Shown here piece after piece: positions 45,788-55,451 of a stretch of DNA of 64,000 nt. Every line of letters starts with the position of its first letter. Position 1 is the first letter of the stretch. The notes under the pieces are model-generated. The model was not told the origin of the DNA, did no database searches, and worked only from the letters and a program-made list of their open reading frames with translations. Source of the DNA: Anaerolineales bacterium (GTDB taxonomy: Bacteria; Chloroflexota; Anaerolineae; Anaerolineales; UBA11858); NCBI GenBank assembly GCA_016785015.1, contig JADHTJ010000003.1, forward strand, positions 24,979 to 88,978. The letters are read 5' to 3'. A program made the position numbers and the translations under genes.

Positions 45788-47239
45788 TTAAAATGGCCCA
45801 TAGCCAATGGCAACACCAATCCCCAAAAAGATCACCGTGACTACCACCACCCAGAACCACAGGGGCAGCGTCCACTTTAGCCATTTGGGATAGGGCACCA
45901 CCGCAAGACCCAGCACGATCAACAACAGCGGATTGGTAGGATAAACCAGGTTGGAGAATCCATCCCCAAAGCAGTAGGCTGTCACCGTAACCTGACGGGT
46001 CACTCCGACCAGGTCAGCCAGTGGCAGCAAGATGGGCATCATCAAGAATGCCTTAGCCGAGCCCGAAGCGACGAAGAACTCAATCATCAAAGCCAGGAAA
46101 TAGATGATCACCGCAGAGAGAAAGGGACTGGCTTGGGAGAATGATTGCGCGGCGCGATGAAGAATCGTATCCATGATGCCGCCTTGGACGACGATATGCT
46201 TGATACTGACCGCCATTAGTATTAGGATAATCCCAGGAGCGATGCCAGAAATACCTTCCCACAGAGCTTTAAGAACAGCTTTTTTGCCAGCGCCGCTGAG
46301 TAAACCTGCGCCTACTCCGCCAATCAGGAAGAAAACTCCAACGAGGGGCAGGGCGTAATCCGAAATTACCGAGATGAAGGGGCTACCAATTAGCACGAAG
46401 AGGATCAATGCCAGGAAGACGGAGAAAAAGGCTACGGCCCGGCCCAAATGAGGGCTCGACGCGGCAATGGCATCCAGATCGAGATGGTCGTATTTCATGC
46501 GTCCAGCCTTATCTTCATCGAAAACAAGCGATTCTTTAGGCTTTCGCTCGACCCGCTTGGCGTAGCGCACCAAAAATACGGCGAAGACGGCGTAAATGGT
46601 AATAAAGATAGGAACACGAAACCAGGCTCCAGAGAAGAGCGGCAGGCCAGCGATCTTCTGGGCGATGCCAATAGTGAAGGGATTGGTAATCGCTGCCGAG
46701 AAGCCCATATTGGTTGCCAAAACGCTCATCCCCAACCCGACCAGCGCGTCCCAGCCCAAATAATAGGACAGCGCGATCATCAAAGGCACTAAGGGCACAA
46801 TCTCTTCGAGGATACCGAAGAAAGAGCCCAAAGCCATGAAAAACAAGGAAATCACTAATAACAACACATATTTTTTGCCCCCAAAAGCTTGAACGATTCT
46901 GGCGATACCTGCCTTGAGAATTCCCACCTGATCCAAGACAGCAAAAGCGCCACCCACCATCAGGATGAATATGATGATCACAATCACGATCAACCCCTCT
47001 GGCCCCCAAAGCACTTCTACCGGAGCCGTAAACCAGCGCCAGATGGGGTAATCAGGTCGGTCGACAAATTGGAAGGATTCCGGCTCTATCATTTCCCGAC
47101 CATCGAGAAGAGTTCGGCTGTAATTTCCAGCTGGAATCACTAAAGTTAAGATTCCTGCAATTATCATGATAGCAAATAAGATAAGGACAGATTGAATAAA
47201 TGCTTTCAGACTGATCTGCGCACCTGCTTTAGCATTCAT
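45788..47239 (-). CDS. YfcC/DcuC-type anaerobic C4-dicarboxylate-carrier-like membrane transporter
   Basis: 483 aa, polytopic. The N-terminus ...FIQSVLILFAIMIIAGILTLVIPAGNY is typical of YfcC-family proteins. GGAGGAG Shine-Dalgarno sequence. Confidence 0.6.
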   Translation of the reverse strand: MNAKAGAQISLKAFIQSVLILFAIMIIAGILTLVIPAGNYSRTLLDGREMIEPESFQFVDRPDYPIWRWFTAPVEVLWGPEGLIVIVIIIFILMVGGAFAVLDQVGILKAGIARIVQAFGGKKYVLLLVISLFFMALGSFFGILEEIVPLVPLMIALSYYLGWDALVGLGMSVLATNMGFSAAITNPFTIGIAQKIAGLPLFSGAWFRVPIFITIYAVFAVFLVRYAKRVERKPKESLVFDEDKAGRMKYDHLDLDAIAASSPHLGRAVAFFSVFLALILFVLIGSPFISVISDYALPLVGVFFLIGGVGAGLLSGAGKKAVLKALWEGISGIAPGIILILMAVSIKHIVVQGGIMDTILHRAAQSFSQASPFLSAVIIYFLALMIEFFVASGSAKAFLMMPILLPLADLVGVTRQVTVTAYCFGDGFSNLVYPTNPLLLIVLGLAVVPYPKWLKWTLPLWFWVVVVTVIFLGIGVAIGYGPF

Positions 47240-47417
47240 GATCTCCTCCGTTACTCCGAAAGTGGGTTGGAAACGATACCCCTTTATTTTGTATGAACTT
47301 AGGCAAAGTTTAACACATTGTTCACTATGCTGATGATCACCAACGCTTCTTTATCGTATAATGTAGCAAAATCCCAAACAATTAACTTCTATATATTTGA
47401 CTTAGGCAACTTCGACA

Positions 47418-48314
47418 ATGAATCCCAACGAAACTACAGTAAATGCCATTACTCGCATCCTTTGCGGCGAATTTTTCAAAGCCATAGGCTTCAATCCTGT
47501 GGGAAGGATCTCAAGAACATTTTCCCCCTTGGTACGAACTCCCATCAATCGCTTCGCAAAAATTGCTGCCGGCTTTGACCAAATCGTAGAAGGCCAAAAT
47601 TTCAAAGAAGCCTCTCGCTGGATCCTACCGAATTTTGTCAAGAAAACTGAAGTTTTTGGCGCTGATGTGATTCCCAAAGAAGGTCCCCTGATCATTGCTG
47701 CAAATCACCCTGGGGCGTATGATGCCCTGGTAATCGCCGCCAATTTACCTCGCAGCGATATCAAAATTGTGGTCAATATCCCATTACCCTTTATCAGAGA
47801 AATTCCTTCCACCGAAAACCATTTCTTGTACGCGCCTCCAGATCCCCACATTCGTATAGGTGTGATCCGTTCAGCTTTAAGACATCTCAAAAATGGCGGC
47901 TCTTTGCTGCTCTTCGCCAGCGGAGGCATTGATCCAGACCCAGTATGCATGCCCGGCTCTGAGCAAGAGATCGAAAAGTGGTCTGGCAGTCTCGAATTAT
48001 TCTTACGCAGAGTTCCTCAGACAAAACTACAGATTACGATAATTAGCGGCATCTTGCTGCCTGAATTTGTCCACCATACTTTTACGCGCTTTCGCAAAGA
48101 ACGTCGCGACAAACAGCGCATTTCCGAGTTTTTCCAGATCATGCGCCAAATGCTTTCCCCGGGAGAATTCTTATCCTCTCCACAGCTCAGCTTTGTAAAT
48201 CCACTCTCGCGAGATCAACTTCTTGCAAATGAGACCATTGATGACATTGGGCCCGAGATTATCCGGCACGGTCAAGAGGCTTTTTCATTGCACACATCGA
48301 TAGTGATGGGATAA
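47418..48314 (+). CDS. Lysophospholipid (PlsC-like) acyltransferase
   Basis: H(x)4D motif in IIAANHPGAYDALV; FASGGIDPD block. Confidence 0.6.
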   Translation: MNPNETTVNAITRILCGEFFKAIGFNPVGRISRTFSPLVRTPINRFAKIAAGFDQIVEGQNFKEASRWILPNFVKKTEVFGADVIPKEGPLIIAANHPGAYDALVIAANLPRSDIKIVVNIPLPFIREIPSTENHFLYAPPDPHIRIGVIRSALRHLKNGGSLLLFASGGIDPDPVCMPGSEQEIEKWSGSLELFLRRVPQTKLQITIISGILLPEFVHHTFTRFRKERRDKQRISEFFQIMRQMLSPGEFLSSPQLSFVNPLSRDQLLANETIDDIGPEIIRHGQEAFSLHTSIVMG

Positions 48315-48431
48315 TTCGTATCTTAGGAAAACACATACAAGCGATAATGAAGTGCTCCAGGATCAGGTTGGAGAAGTTGACAAAAACAGTAAGCGCAACT
48401 TATTCAGTATATTTTTGTATACAATATAGAT

Positions 48432-48989
48432 ATGCCCAACGATAGCGATCGCCAACTTGTCCAACGAAGCATAGGAGGAGAAACGAAAGCGTATGGAATG
48501 CTGGTGCAGCAGCACCAAAACTCGGTATTCAATGTCTGCTATCGCATGCTTGGAGAGTACCAGCACGCAGAAGATTTGACACAAGACACATTTATTCGGG
48601 CTTACCAGCGATTGGACACATTCGATTTAGACAGACCTTACGGTCCCTGGATTAGGCGCATTGCTACAAACTTATGCTTGAACCATCTCAACAAGAAACA
48701 ACCGACAACCCAACCACTTGAAGACGAGTTGATCATCAGTGCACCTTCTCATTCAATTAATCCCGAACGAGCACAAGAACATCTTGAACGCAAAGAAGTT
48801 ATTCTTCAGGCCTTGTTAGAACTACCACCTCATTATCGAACGGTCATCGAATTGCGTCACTACCAGGATATGAACTATCAGGAAATTGCTGAAACATTGG
48901 ATTTATCACTCAATACTGCCAAAAGCCATCTATTTCGTGCCCGTAAGCTTTTGGCTAAGAAATTAGAGAATCTCCATGAATACGTATAA
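48432..48989 (+). CDS. ECF-type RNA polymerase sigma factor
   Basis: Region 2 (FNVCYRMLGEYQHAEDLTQDTFIRAY) and region 4 (YQEIAETLDLSLNTAKSHLFRAR). Confidence 0.85.
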   Translation: MPNDSDRQLVQRSIGGETKAYGMLVQQHQNSVFNVCYRMLGEYQHAEDLTQDTFIRAYQRLDTFDLDRPYGPWIRRIATNLCLNHLNKKQPTTQPLEDELIISAPSHSINPERAQEHLERKEVILQALLELPPHYRTVIELRHYQDMNYQEIAETLDLSLNTAKSHLFRARKLLAKKLENLHEYV

Positions 48990-49557
48990 CTCGCCCTCCC
49001 GCCATATTTCCGAAGATGCGTTTTATGAATATCTAGATCAGGCGCTCATCAAAGAGCAGCTAGACGAAATTGAAGCCCATTTGGAAATCTGCCAAACGTG
49101 TTCAGAATATCTGGAACAGCATAGAAATCTCTTTTCAGCAATCGAAGGTTTACCAGAAGAAAGTCTAAAACATGATCTTACGCCCGAGGTTTTATCATCA
49201 TTAATTAATGGAACAGCCCTTTCTCCGATTTGGTGGTGGCTGCTAATCCTTCAGGGTTCCCTGGCCTTAGGGATGATTGCACTCAGTGTGCCATCCATTG
49301 TTAACATCCCTAATCCCATCTCACTGCTGGATACCCTAAAAAATGGCCTTACCTCGATTGCTGCAACCTTGAATTTTTGGCTTCTTGGGTGGAATTCCCT
49401 TTTCGGCAAAGCCAGCCAACTGCTTAGTTTTCACACATCACTTTCTCTGCGAATACCATGGCAATCCATCCTTTGGGTAGTCTCACTCACGACTGTTACT
49501 TGGATAGTCGGGAATTCGATCCTCCTTCGACCTCAACTAACGAGTTCCCAACGATGA
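48976..49557 (+). CDS. Membrane anti-sigma factor (zf-HC2-like)
   Basis: HLEICQTCSEYLEQH motif followed by TM spans. Overlaps the sigma factor gene by 14 nt. Confidence 0.65.
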   Translation: MNTYNSPSRHISEDAFYEYLDQALIKEQLDEIEAHLEICQTCSEYLEQHRNLFSAIEGLPEESLKHDLTPEVLSSLINGTALSPIWWWLLILQGSLALGMIALSVPSIVNIPNPISLLDTLKNGLTSIAATLNFWLLGWNSLFGKASQLLSFHTSLSLRIPWQSILWVVSLTTVTWIVGNSILLRPQLTSSQR

Positions 49558-50669
49558 ATAAAAACATCTTCTTACCAATTATCGCGCTTCTGCTGGCGAT
49601 GCTGGCATGTGGTGATGCGGATACCCCCTCCGTCCCGCCAACACCCACGGTTTCGGTATTCGATTCGGCTGACACTGCATATGGATTCTTCCCCAGCCCA
49701 CCTGAATTCTCTATCGATAGCCTGATCGCCACTTTAGATGGTATCAGTGAGCACGGCGATGTGATCTTGGTGCAGCGTGCTATCCCCTGGGTAGATTTCA
49801 TCGATGGTACCAACGCAAATGCCCCAGATATTAAAGAACTCAGAGATTTGATGACCCTGGCCGGTCAGCGAAACCTTGAACCCATCTTCGTCATTGATCC
49901 ACTCAACGGGCTCGACCGCCGCCAGTTCTCAGCATTACCACTAAAACTCGAGGGCGGAGATTTCTCTACATCGGGTGTTCGCGCGGCTTTCAAGAATTAC
50001 GCCATCACCCTTATGCAAGAGTTTCATCCCCGTTATATCGGCCTGGCTTCAGAAATCAACACCTATGCTGATGCACATCCCGATGATTTCTCCAATTTTG
50101 TCAGTTTATACCAAGAAACCTACGCTGCTATCAAAGACGCATCACCTGAAACGCAAGTTTTCGTCACCTTTCAGTGGGATGATCTCAACAACGCCATACC
50201 ATTTGACAATATCGACGGTGAGCCCTTCCATCCCAAATGGGAGCAGATTGAAATTTTCGAGCCGCAACTTGATGTTTGGGCAATTTCTTCGTATCCTTTT
50301 GTGGTTTTCGAGCGCGCCGCAGACATCCCTGCAGATTATTACACACCCTTACTCTCACGAACAGACAAACCCATAGCCGTAGCTGAGGGTGGCGTCAATT
50401 CGCGCCCGATAGGGCAATTCCCCGGCACACCCCAGGACCAGATCGACCATCTCAACGCCATCAATGATCAGCTTGGTGACAAGCTCGAGTTCTGGATTCA
50501 ACTCGTATTATTCGATATCAACGCCGAATTCTACCGTGACTTTCTTAGAGAAAACGGCATGGAAACCACGGCAGATACCATCCTATGGTTTGGAGCGATT
50601 GGTCTGTTAGAAAGTGATGGTACGCCCAAACCAGCGCTGGAAACCTGGGACAACATACGGAACAAATAA
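49554..50669 (+). CDS. Lipoprotein, possible clan GH-A (TIM-barrel) glycoside hydrolase-like
   Basis: The ATG at 49554 overlaps the anti-sigma stop (ATGA). MNKNIFLPIIALLLAMLAC carries a lipobox. IGLASEINTY and VAEGGV look like acid/base and nucleophile Glu contexts. The functional call is weak. Confidence 0.4.
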   Translation: MNKNIFLPIIALLLAMLACGDADTPSVPPTPTVSVFDSADTAYGFFPSPPEFSIDSLIATLDGISEHGDVILVQRAIPWVDFIDGTNANAPDIKELRDLMTLAGQRNLEPIFVIDPLNGLDRRQFSALPLKLEGGDFSTSGVRAAFKNYAITLMQEFHPRYIGLASEINTYADAHPDDFSNFVSLYQETYAAIKDASPETQVFVTFQWDDLNNAIPFDNIDGEPFHPKWEQIEIFEPQLDVWAISSYPFVVFERAADIPADYYTPLLSRTDKPIAVAEGGVNSRPIGQFPGTPQDQIDHLNAINDQLGDKLEFWIQLVLFDINAEFYRDFLRENGMETTADTILWFGAIGLLESDGTPKPALETWDNIRNK

Positions 50670-50679
50670 GGAGAAAATA

Positions 50680-51177
50680 ATGGAAACCTTCAGTCTAATC
50701 ATAATCGTAATACTCGGAGCCATAACCCTGACCGCCTTCTTTCTACTCATGGATGTCTTTTTCTCCCGCAAGATTGAGCAAATACAACAAGTTGCTGATC
50801 AAATGACCGGGCGCTCTTTCCTACTGGGTTTGGTAAATTTCCTCTTTTTTGGAGCTATTTGTGTGGCACTCATGAGTCTCAGTGAGAATTTTGGGCTCTG
50901 GTTCCTATCCATTCCAGCGCTATTGATCATCCTAGTTCTAGTGGTGGGGTTGCTTTTGGGCCTGAGTGCCATAACCCAATTAGTCGGGGAGCGCGTATTT
51001 CCAGAATTCGATCCGCTCAAGCAGAAAATTTGGGGAGCTAGTCTCTTGATTTTAGCTTGCCTGGCGCCTTTCGTAGGATGGTTTGGATTCTTGCCATTTG
51101 TAGCTCTACTCGGATTGGGCGCGCTTATCGGAGGTTGGTTTCCGCGCAGGCGCAAAGTTCACAACCCTGAGCAATGA
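50680..51177 (+). CDS. Hypothetical membrane protein (4 TM)
   Basis: The ATG at 50680 is preceded by AAGGAG. The protein is hydrophobic throughout. Confidence 0.5.
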   Translation: METFSLIIIVILGAITLTAFFLLMDVFFSRKIEQIQQVADQMTGRSFLLGLVNFLFFGAICVALMSLSENFGLWFLSIPALLIILVLVVGLLLGLSAITQLVGERVFPEFDPLKQKIWGASLLILACLAPFVGWFGFLPFVALLGLGALIGGWFPRRRKVHNPEQ

Positions 51178-52130
51178 AAAGAATATTCCTTATCTCGGTT
51201 TCCATTTTTGTATCGCTGGCATGTGCTCTGGAAGGAGTCGCTCAACCAACACCGACATTGATTCCTGATCGAGAGAGTCTCATCCCGGTTGACCAGGGGA
51301 AGATCATTCCCGAGACAGATATCTACCCTCCCAAATCGGTTTCGGAAGAATATAGAGATCCTGTTCCGCTTCCTTATCCTGTCAACACAGCTGGTGCTGA
51401 AGATTCGGCCTTCATCATGCCAAATGGAAACACGCTCTACGTCTGGTTCACACCAAACGTCACAACACCTGTAGAGAAACAAGTAATAGACGGCGTAACC
51501 GGTATTTATGTTTTCAAAAAAGTTGATGGTCAATGGGGTCCAGCAGAAAGGGTAATGCTCCAAGAACCAGACAAACTATCCTTAGATGGCTGTGAATTTG
51601 TTTTGGGAGACAAGATGTGGTTCTGCGCTGCCAGGGAAGGATACACCGGTTTACATTGGTTAACGGCTGAATTCATTGATGGGAGCTGGGGCAACTGGCA
51701 ACTCGCTGATTTCAACTCCGAATACGAAGTAGGTGAACTGCACATCACAGCTGATGGCCAGGAGCTGTATTTCCATTCAGCGCGTCCAGGGGGGCAAGGC
51801 AGCTATGATATCTGGCTTTCCAAAAATGTGGCTGGTGAATGGGGGGAGCCGGTCAATCTTGGCATCGTCAATTCCCCCAACACCGACGGATGGCCGTTCG
51901 TTTCAGTAGATGGTAGCGAATTATGGTTTACACGTGGACCAGGCGCGCCAGAATTGTGGCGTTCGAGGAGAGTCAACGGCGAATGGGGTTTGCCGGAGCA
52001 AATGTTCACACACTTTGCCGGTGAAGCTTCTTTGGATAACGAAGGGAATGTCTATTTCACACATCATTTTTACAAAGATGATGTCATGCTCGAAGCGGAT
52101 ATTTATGTCAGCCACAAAATAGATCCTTGA
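51174..52130 (+). CDS. Lipoprotein with TolB-like (PD40/WD40-like) beta-propeller repeats
   Basis: Lipobox (VSLAC). Repeated motifs ITADGQELYFHSARPGGQGSYDIWLS and VSVDGSELWFTR. ATGA overlap with the upstream gene. Confidence 0.55.
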   Translation: MKRIFLISVSIFVSLACALEGVAQPTPTLIPDRESLIPVDQGKIIPETDIYPPKSVSEEYRDPVPLPYPVNTAGAEDSAFIMPNGNTLYVWFTPNVTTPVEKQVIDGVTGIYVFKKVDGQWGPAERVMLQEPDKLSLDGCEFVLGDKMWFCAAREGYTGLHWLTAEFIDGSWGNWQLADFNSEYEVGELHITADGQELYFHSARPGGQGSYDIWLSKNVAGEWGEPVNLGIVNSPNTDGWPFVSVDGSELWFTRGPGAPELWRSRRVNGEWGLPEQMFTHFAGEASLDNEGNVYFTHHFYKDDVMLEADIYVSHKIDP

Positions 52131-52242
52131 TCTAAATTTCTGTAAAAAGAAACCCGGTTTCTCACTACCTAAGAAAAACCGACACACCGAAGAGGCTGGC
52201 AGCTTCTCGCAGTGTGCCATTCTGTGAGCAAAAGGTAATCCA

Positions 52243-52992
52243 ATGGTAGCAACCAATCAAGACATAAATCCTCGCACTCCCCGCTGGTGGAAATTTCTCA
52301 TCAGACTGGGAATCGCCTGGGGGCTTCTGTTTACCGTCATCCTCACCGCCTCAGAGCCAACCCCAGAAAACTGGACGCTGATGTTCGCGATCTGGGGCGC
52401 AGGGTTATATACCCTGGGTCTGCGCATAACTCGCAAGTGGTGGCTTCCTCGCCTTTCAAAGCATCCCTTGAGAAACGCCATCCTTCTGGGCGCGTTCAAC
52501 GCCGCCGTCATCGAAACCGAATTCTTATTCTTCGAGAATGTCTTCGGCGCGCAAGGAATCGCCGCCCACCCCAACCTGCTCGTCGACCTGTTGATGACCA
52601 TGCCCTGGTATACCTTGATGTGCTTAACTTTTGTCAAGGTGCAGAACCGCTGGCGTTTCTCTACAGCCACCGTACTCTTCCTGGGTGGCATCTACGAGGT
52701 AGGCGGCGATGGCATCGTAGGCTCTCTAATGGGGGTTCTCTTTGGAAATTTTCAGATCTTCACGCTTGAATACTGGACGCTTCTGCTGCTGGTGTTCGGT
52801 TGGGCTTTTATCTCAGTGTACAGTTCTATGGTGCTGCCGCCCAGTTGGTTGATCGCCACGACGCCAGCGCCCACCGAACGACCCTCCGGACCTGCCTGGC
52901 GCCAGGCGCTCAAACCCATGCTCTGGCTGATCCCCTTTGCCATATATTTGCTGATCTTTATGCTGTTCATGTCCATGGCAGAATTAGGGTAG
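52243..52992 (+). CDS. Hypothetical polytopic membrane protein
   Basis: 249 aa with about 7 hydrophobic spans. The competing ORFs on this stretch are Arg-rich and non-hydrophobic. Confidence 0.5.
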   Translation: MVATNQDINPRTPRWWKFLIRLGIAWGLLFTVILTASEPTPENWTLMFAIWGAGLYTLGLRITRKWWLPRLSKHPLRNAILLGAFNAAVIETEFLFFENVFGAQGIAAHPNLLVDLLMTMPWYTLMCLTFVKVQNRWRFSTATVLFLGGIYEVGGDGIVGSLMGVLFGNFQIFTLEYWTLLLLVFGWAFISVYSSMVLPPSWLIATTPAPTERPSGPAWRQALKPMLWLIPFAIYLLIFMLFMSMAELG

Positions 52993-53074
52993 CTGACCAT
53001 TTGTCATAGATCAGATATGTGAAGTTTTGGCTGACCCTTCCGCAGATTTATGAAAATACAAAAGGAATGAAACT

Positions 53075-54124
53075 TTGCAGACAACAAAAACCCCCCTCAA
53101 ACTCAAATTGCTTTTCTGGTTGAACCTGGGCTTGATATCCACATTTTTCGCCGAAGTGATCAGCGGCTCAGACATGTTTCCCTATTTTAATAGCTGGGGC
53201 ATCTTCGTGGTCATTCCGCTTTACCTTCTGCACAGCCTGGTTCTGATCACAATCATCTATCGTAAGGGTCGGCCCACCCTGGCTACACTTTATTTTGCGG
53301 GCACGCTCTTCGGCCTGTACGAAGCCTATCTGACCAAAGTGCTTTGGAACCCCGATTGGGGCGCGGCGATCAAGATTGGCGAAGTGGCTGTTTTCGAAGT
53401 CATTGTACTCGTTTTATTCTGGCACGCCTGGATGTCATTCATTTTCCCGCTGCTAGCCATGGATACCTGGCTGACAAAGACAAACGAAATTCTCTCTGGA
53501 TTTCCAGCCCGGCTGCAGCGCTTATTCCATGGGCGGCGTGGTTGGGTCATTTTAGCAATTCTCAGCGGCCTGTTCATCAGCATCAACGCTCCCTCCGCCG
53601 AGAAAGCTTTGCTGTCAGGTTTAGGCTCCATAGCCGTACTAGGCACCTTCGGTTTCATCTTTCGACGCACGCTGCGAAATCATAACTACACCATCACCGA
53701 TCTATTGCCCAATAAAAATCAATTGCGCCTATTGATCGGATCGCTCGGGTTGATGTATCTGGTGTTGGGAGTGGGCCTACGTCCCGATATGTTTCCCCCA
53801 TTTAGCGGACATTTCGTGATCTGGATTTTGTATGGATTCTGTACCTGGATGTTCATCTTGGCTTTGCGCGCCTCTAAATCACAAACATCAGATACACATC
53901 TACAAGATGAAGCTGTTTCTAAAAGCGTAAGACCAACACTCTGGCTTGGGGCCATGGTGACCTTCACCCTGGTTGCAGTGCTGGCGGAAGTCTTTTTGGT
54001 CGCTATCGAGGGCATAATTGGCGCAATTGGCTGGTTTGGCATCTCGGTGCCCGGAATCCTCTCACTGGTCATCCTCACAAGGCAGGTGCTTCGAAATCGC
54101 AAGAACCTGAACACCCCAACATGA
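53075..54124 (+). CDS. Hypothetical polytopic membrane protein (possible distant paralogue of 52243..52992)
   Basis: 349 aa with about 10 spans. TTG start after AAAGGAA. The stop overlaps the arsC start (ATGA). Confidence 0.5.
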   Translation: MQTTKTPLKLKLLFWLNLGLISTFFAEVISGSDMFPYFNSWGIFVVIPLYLLHSLVLITIIYRKGRPTLATLYFAGTLFGLYEAYLTKVLWNPDWGAAIKIGEVAVFEVIVLVLFWHAWMSFIFPLLAMDTWLTKTNEILSGFPARLQRLFHGRRGWVILAILSGLFISINAPSAEKALLSGLGSIAVLGTFGFIFRRTLRNHNYTITDLLPNKNQLRLLIGSLGLMYLVLGVGLRPDMFPPFSGHFVIWILYGFCTWMFILALRASKSQTSDTHLQDEAVSKSVRPTLWLGAMVTFTLVAVLAEVFLVAIEGIIGAIGWFGISVPGILSLVILTRQVLRNRKNLNTPT

Positions 54125-54555
54125 CCACACCTTCACGAAAAAAGGTTCTCTTCCTTTGCACAGGCAATTCCTGCCGCTCGCAGATGGCCGAGGCGATTAT
54201 CAACGCACGCATGGGAGATCAATGGCAAGCGGTCAGTGCCGGCACTAAACCCACTGGTTATGTACATCCCCAAGCCATTACGGTTTTAAAAGAAATCGGC
54301 ATCGATCATGCTGGAGAATCTAAACTGGCTGATGAATTTCGCGATTGGGATTTTAATCTGGTCGTTACGGTCTGCGACACTGCCGCAGTCGAATGCCCTG
54401 TCTGGTTGGGCATCGGAAAGACGATCCACCACAGCTTTCCAGACCCCGCGAAAGCAAAAGGCTCGGAGGATGAAATTCTAGCTGTGTTCGGTCAGGTGCG
54501 TGATGATATCGCTGAAAAAATCCCCAAATTGCTTAGCAAGTATTCCCAAAAATAA
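54121..54555 (+). CDS. arsC: Arsenate reductase, LMW-PTP (thioredoxin-coupled) type
   Basis: VLFLCTGNSCRSQMAEA P-loop (CX5R) plus downstream Cys residues (TVCDTAAVECP). Confidence 0.85.
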   Translation: MTTPSRKKVLFLCTGNSCRSQMAEAIINARMGDQWQAVSAGTKPTGYVHPQAITVLKEIGIDHAGESKLADEFRDWDFNLVVTVCDTAAVECPVWLGIGKTIHHSFPDPAKAKGSEDEILAVFGQVRDDIAEKIPKLLSKYSQK

Positions 54556-54568
54556 GGATTTTTGGGAT

Positions 54569-55366
54569 TTACCCCATGCGGCCGGTGATATAGGCCTCGG
54601 TCAGTTCGTGTTTGGGATTGGTAAATAGCTTCTTCGTCTCGCTAAACTCGATCAATTCCCCCAACCAAAACAAGCCCGTAAAATCTGAAACCCGAGCGGC
54701 TTGCTGCATATTGTGAGTCACGATCACGATGGTGTAAAGCTCTTTGAGTTCGTGGATGAGTTCTTCGATTTTACCCGTAGCGATGGGGTCTAACGCCGAA
54801 CAAGGCTCATCCATCAAGATCACTTCTGCTTGGACGGCAAGGACGCGGGCGATACACAAGCGCTGCTGCTGACCCAGGGATAACCCCAAGGCATCATCAT
54901 GCAACTGATCTTTTACATCTTCCCAAACCGCGGCACGTTTTAAACTCTTGGTGACAATCTCTTTGAGTTCAGTCTTATCTTTGGTCATCCCTAAGACGCG
55001 CGGGCCAAAGGCCACATTATCAAAAATTGTTTGGGGAAACGGGTTTGGCTTTTGGAATACCATCCCCACCCGTTGGCGCAGACCAACAAGATCTACTTCT
55101 GGGGCGTAAATATCTTCGCCTTCTAATAGGATTTCACCTTCAACTCGCGTTCCAGAAATTGTGTCATTCATACGATTTAAACAACGTACGAAAGTCGACT
55201 TTCCACAACCGGAAGGCCCAATTAGAGCGGTTACATGCTGTGGAAGGATATCCATATTGATCTGGCTCAAGGCGATGCTTGGACCATAGTAAAAATCCAA
55301 ATTACGAATCCTGAAAGTGAGCGCATTGTCATTCATAGGCATGATTATACTCAACGGAGGGATCAT
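54569..55366 (-). CDS. pstB: Phosphate ABC transporter ATP-binding protein PstB (divergently oriented copy)
   Basis: FYYG...[32 protein letters not shown] and VTHNMQQA are canonical PstB blocks. The signature motif reads LSLGQQQ instead of LSGGQQQ. The start could be M1, M9 or M11. Confidence 0.85.
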   Translation of the reverse strand: MIPPLSIIMPMNDNALTFRIRNLDFYYGPSIALSQINMDILPQHVTALIGPSGCGKSTFVRCLNRMNDTISGTRVEGEILLEGEDIYAPEVDLVGLRQRVGMVFQKPNPFPQTIFDNVAFGPRVLGMTKDKTELKEIVTKSLKRAAVWEDVKDQLHDDALGLSLGQQQRLCIARVLAVQAEVILMDEPCSALDPIATGKIEELIHELKELYTIVIVTHNMQQAARVSDFTGLFWLGELIEFSETKKLFTNPKHELTEAYITGRMG

Positions 55367-55413
55367 TGCGTAGTATATTTCTATCGCTGAACCTAAAAAT
55401 ATTCATCATCCTC

Positions 55414-55442
55414 TTGTGTACCGACTGGTTTGAGACTATAAT
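55414..55442 (+). promoter_or_regulatory. Sigma-70-like promoter upstream of pstS
   Basis: TTGTGT (55414-55419), 17-nt spacer, TATAAT (55437-55442), 9 nt before the pstS ATG. Confidence 0.35.
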
Positions 55443-55451
55443 CCCAAACCA

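Noticed and set aside
45744-45884. A long N-terminal extension of the DUF2817-like ORF, and similarly 44612..44665 for the dehydrogenase.
   Set aside because: The extensions overlap the upstream genes and are Arg/Trp/Cys-rich with no Shine-Dalgarno sequence. The internal ATGs have better context.
48445-48452. GCGATCGC (a HIP1-like octamer).
   Set aside because: I noticed only a single occurrence and no enrichment in this window, so it is not a cyanobacterial HIP1 signature.
52257-52769. Two alternative ORFs (144 aa on the minus strand, 160 aa on the plus strand) overlapping 52243..52992.
   Set aside because: Both are Arg-rich and lack hydrophobic structure. The 249-aa frame encodes a coherent polytopic membrane protein.
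55336-55380. Possible leaderless translation of the divergent pstB (TATACT or TATAAT boxes lie a few nt upstream of candidate ATGs).
   Set aside because: There are three candidate starts and two -10-like boxes, with no way to choose between them from sequence alone.
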